Shown here in pieces: positions 31,999-32,000 of a stretch of 32,000 bases of DNA. Source of the DNA: Candidatus Vampirococcus lugosii. Lineage in GTDB: Bacteria > Patescibacteriota > Gracilibacteria > Absconditabacterales > Absconditicoccaceae. Each line of letters begins with the position of its first letter. The stretch's first letter is position 1. A program made the position numbers and the translations under genes. The notes under the pieces are model-generated. The model saw only the letters and a list, made by a program, of their open reading frames with translations, was not told the origin of the DNA and did no database searches. The DNA lies in contig NZ_JAEDAM010000008.1 in the NCBI RefSeq assembly GCF_018420025.1, positions 6,451 to 38,450 of the forward strand, given 5' to 3'.

Positions 31999-32000
31999 AT

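Noticed and set aside
1-32000. Alternative explanation: code 4 (UGA=Trp, Mycoplasma/Spiroplasma-like), or a heavily pseudogenised standard-code genome
   Set aside because: TGA aligns with invariant Gly of P-loops and catalytic loops (GSGKS, HxxGH, GIGPG, GDPSG), not with Trp. TGG is still used at conserved Trp positions and sits adjacent to TGA in GSDQWGNG. TAA/TAG-delimited frames are long and tightly packed, which is incompatible with random decay.

Overview
The window is very AT-rich, and standard-code ORF calling fails on it: the supplied track has no ORF longer than 198 aa in 32 kb. The cause is that TGA is a sense codon. Reading TGA as glycine (translation table 25, used by Absconditabacteria/SR1 and Gracilibacteria of the CPR/Patescibacteria) restores about 28 tightly packed genes. 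All calls below come from my own manual table-25 translation and motif recognition; no homology search was possible.

Core region (1-19.3 kb): two bitopic membrane proteins lie divergent from a translationally coupled pilT / cNMP-binding-like / membrane-protein operon. Then follow a minus-strand operon (Hjc-like endonuclease, transketolase-C-like protein, murA, small TM protein), a rhomboid protease, tsaD, a self-contained GC-rich cysteine-rich mini-gene, a WG-like tandem-repeat protein, a LysM + lytic transglycosylase protein, guaB and tyrS.

Accessory region (19.3-32 kb): a 510-bp non-coding stretch with three hairpins is followed by a Schlafen/AlbA_2-type gene. That gene is bracketed by 61-bp direct repeats that duplicate the 5' end of a GT39-like glycosyltransferase gene. 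Next come a DUF234-type AAA ATPase and a four-gene surface-glycan operon: CapK-like ligase with an in-frame TAA, GT4, sulfotransferase and Wzx flippase. The window ends with two diverged DUF1016/YhcG PD-(D/E)XK nuclease genes in tandem, whose non-coding flanks are far better conserved than their coding sequences.

No rRNA, tRNA, CRISPR array, transposase or integrase was recognised.
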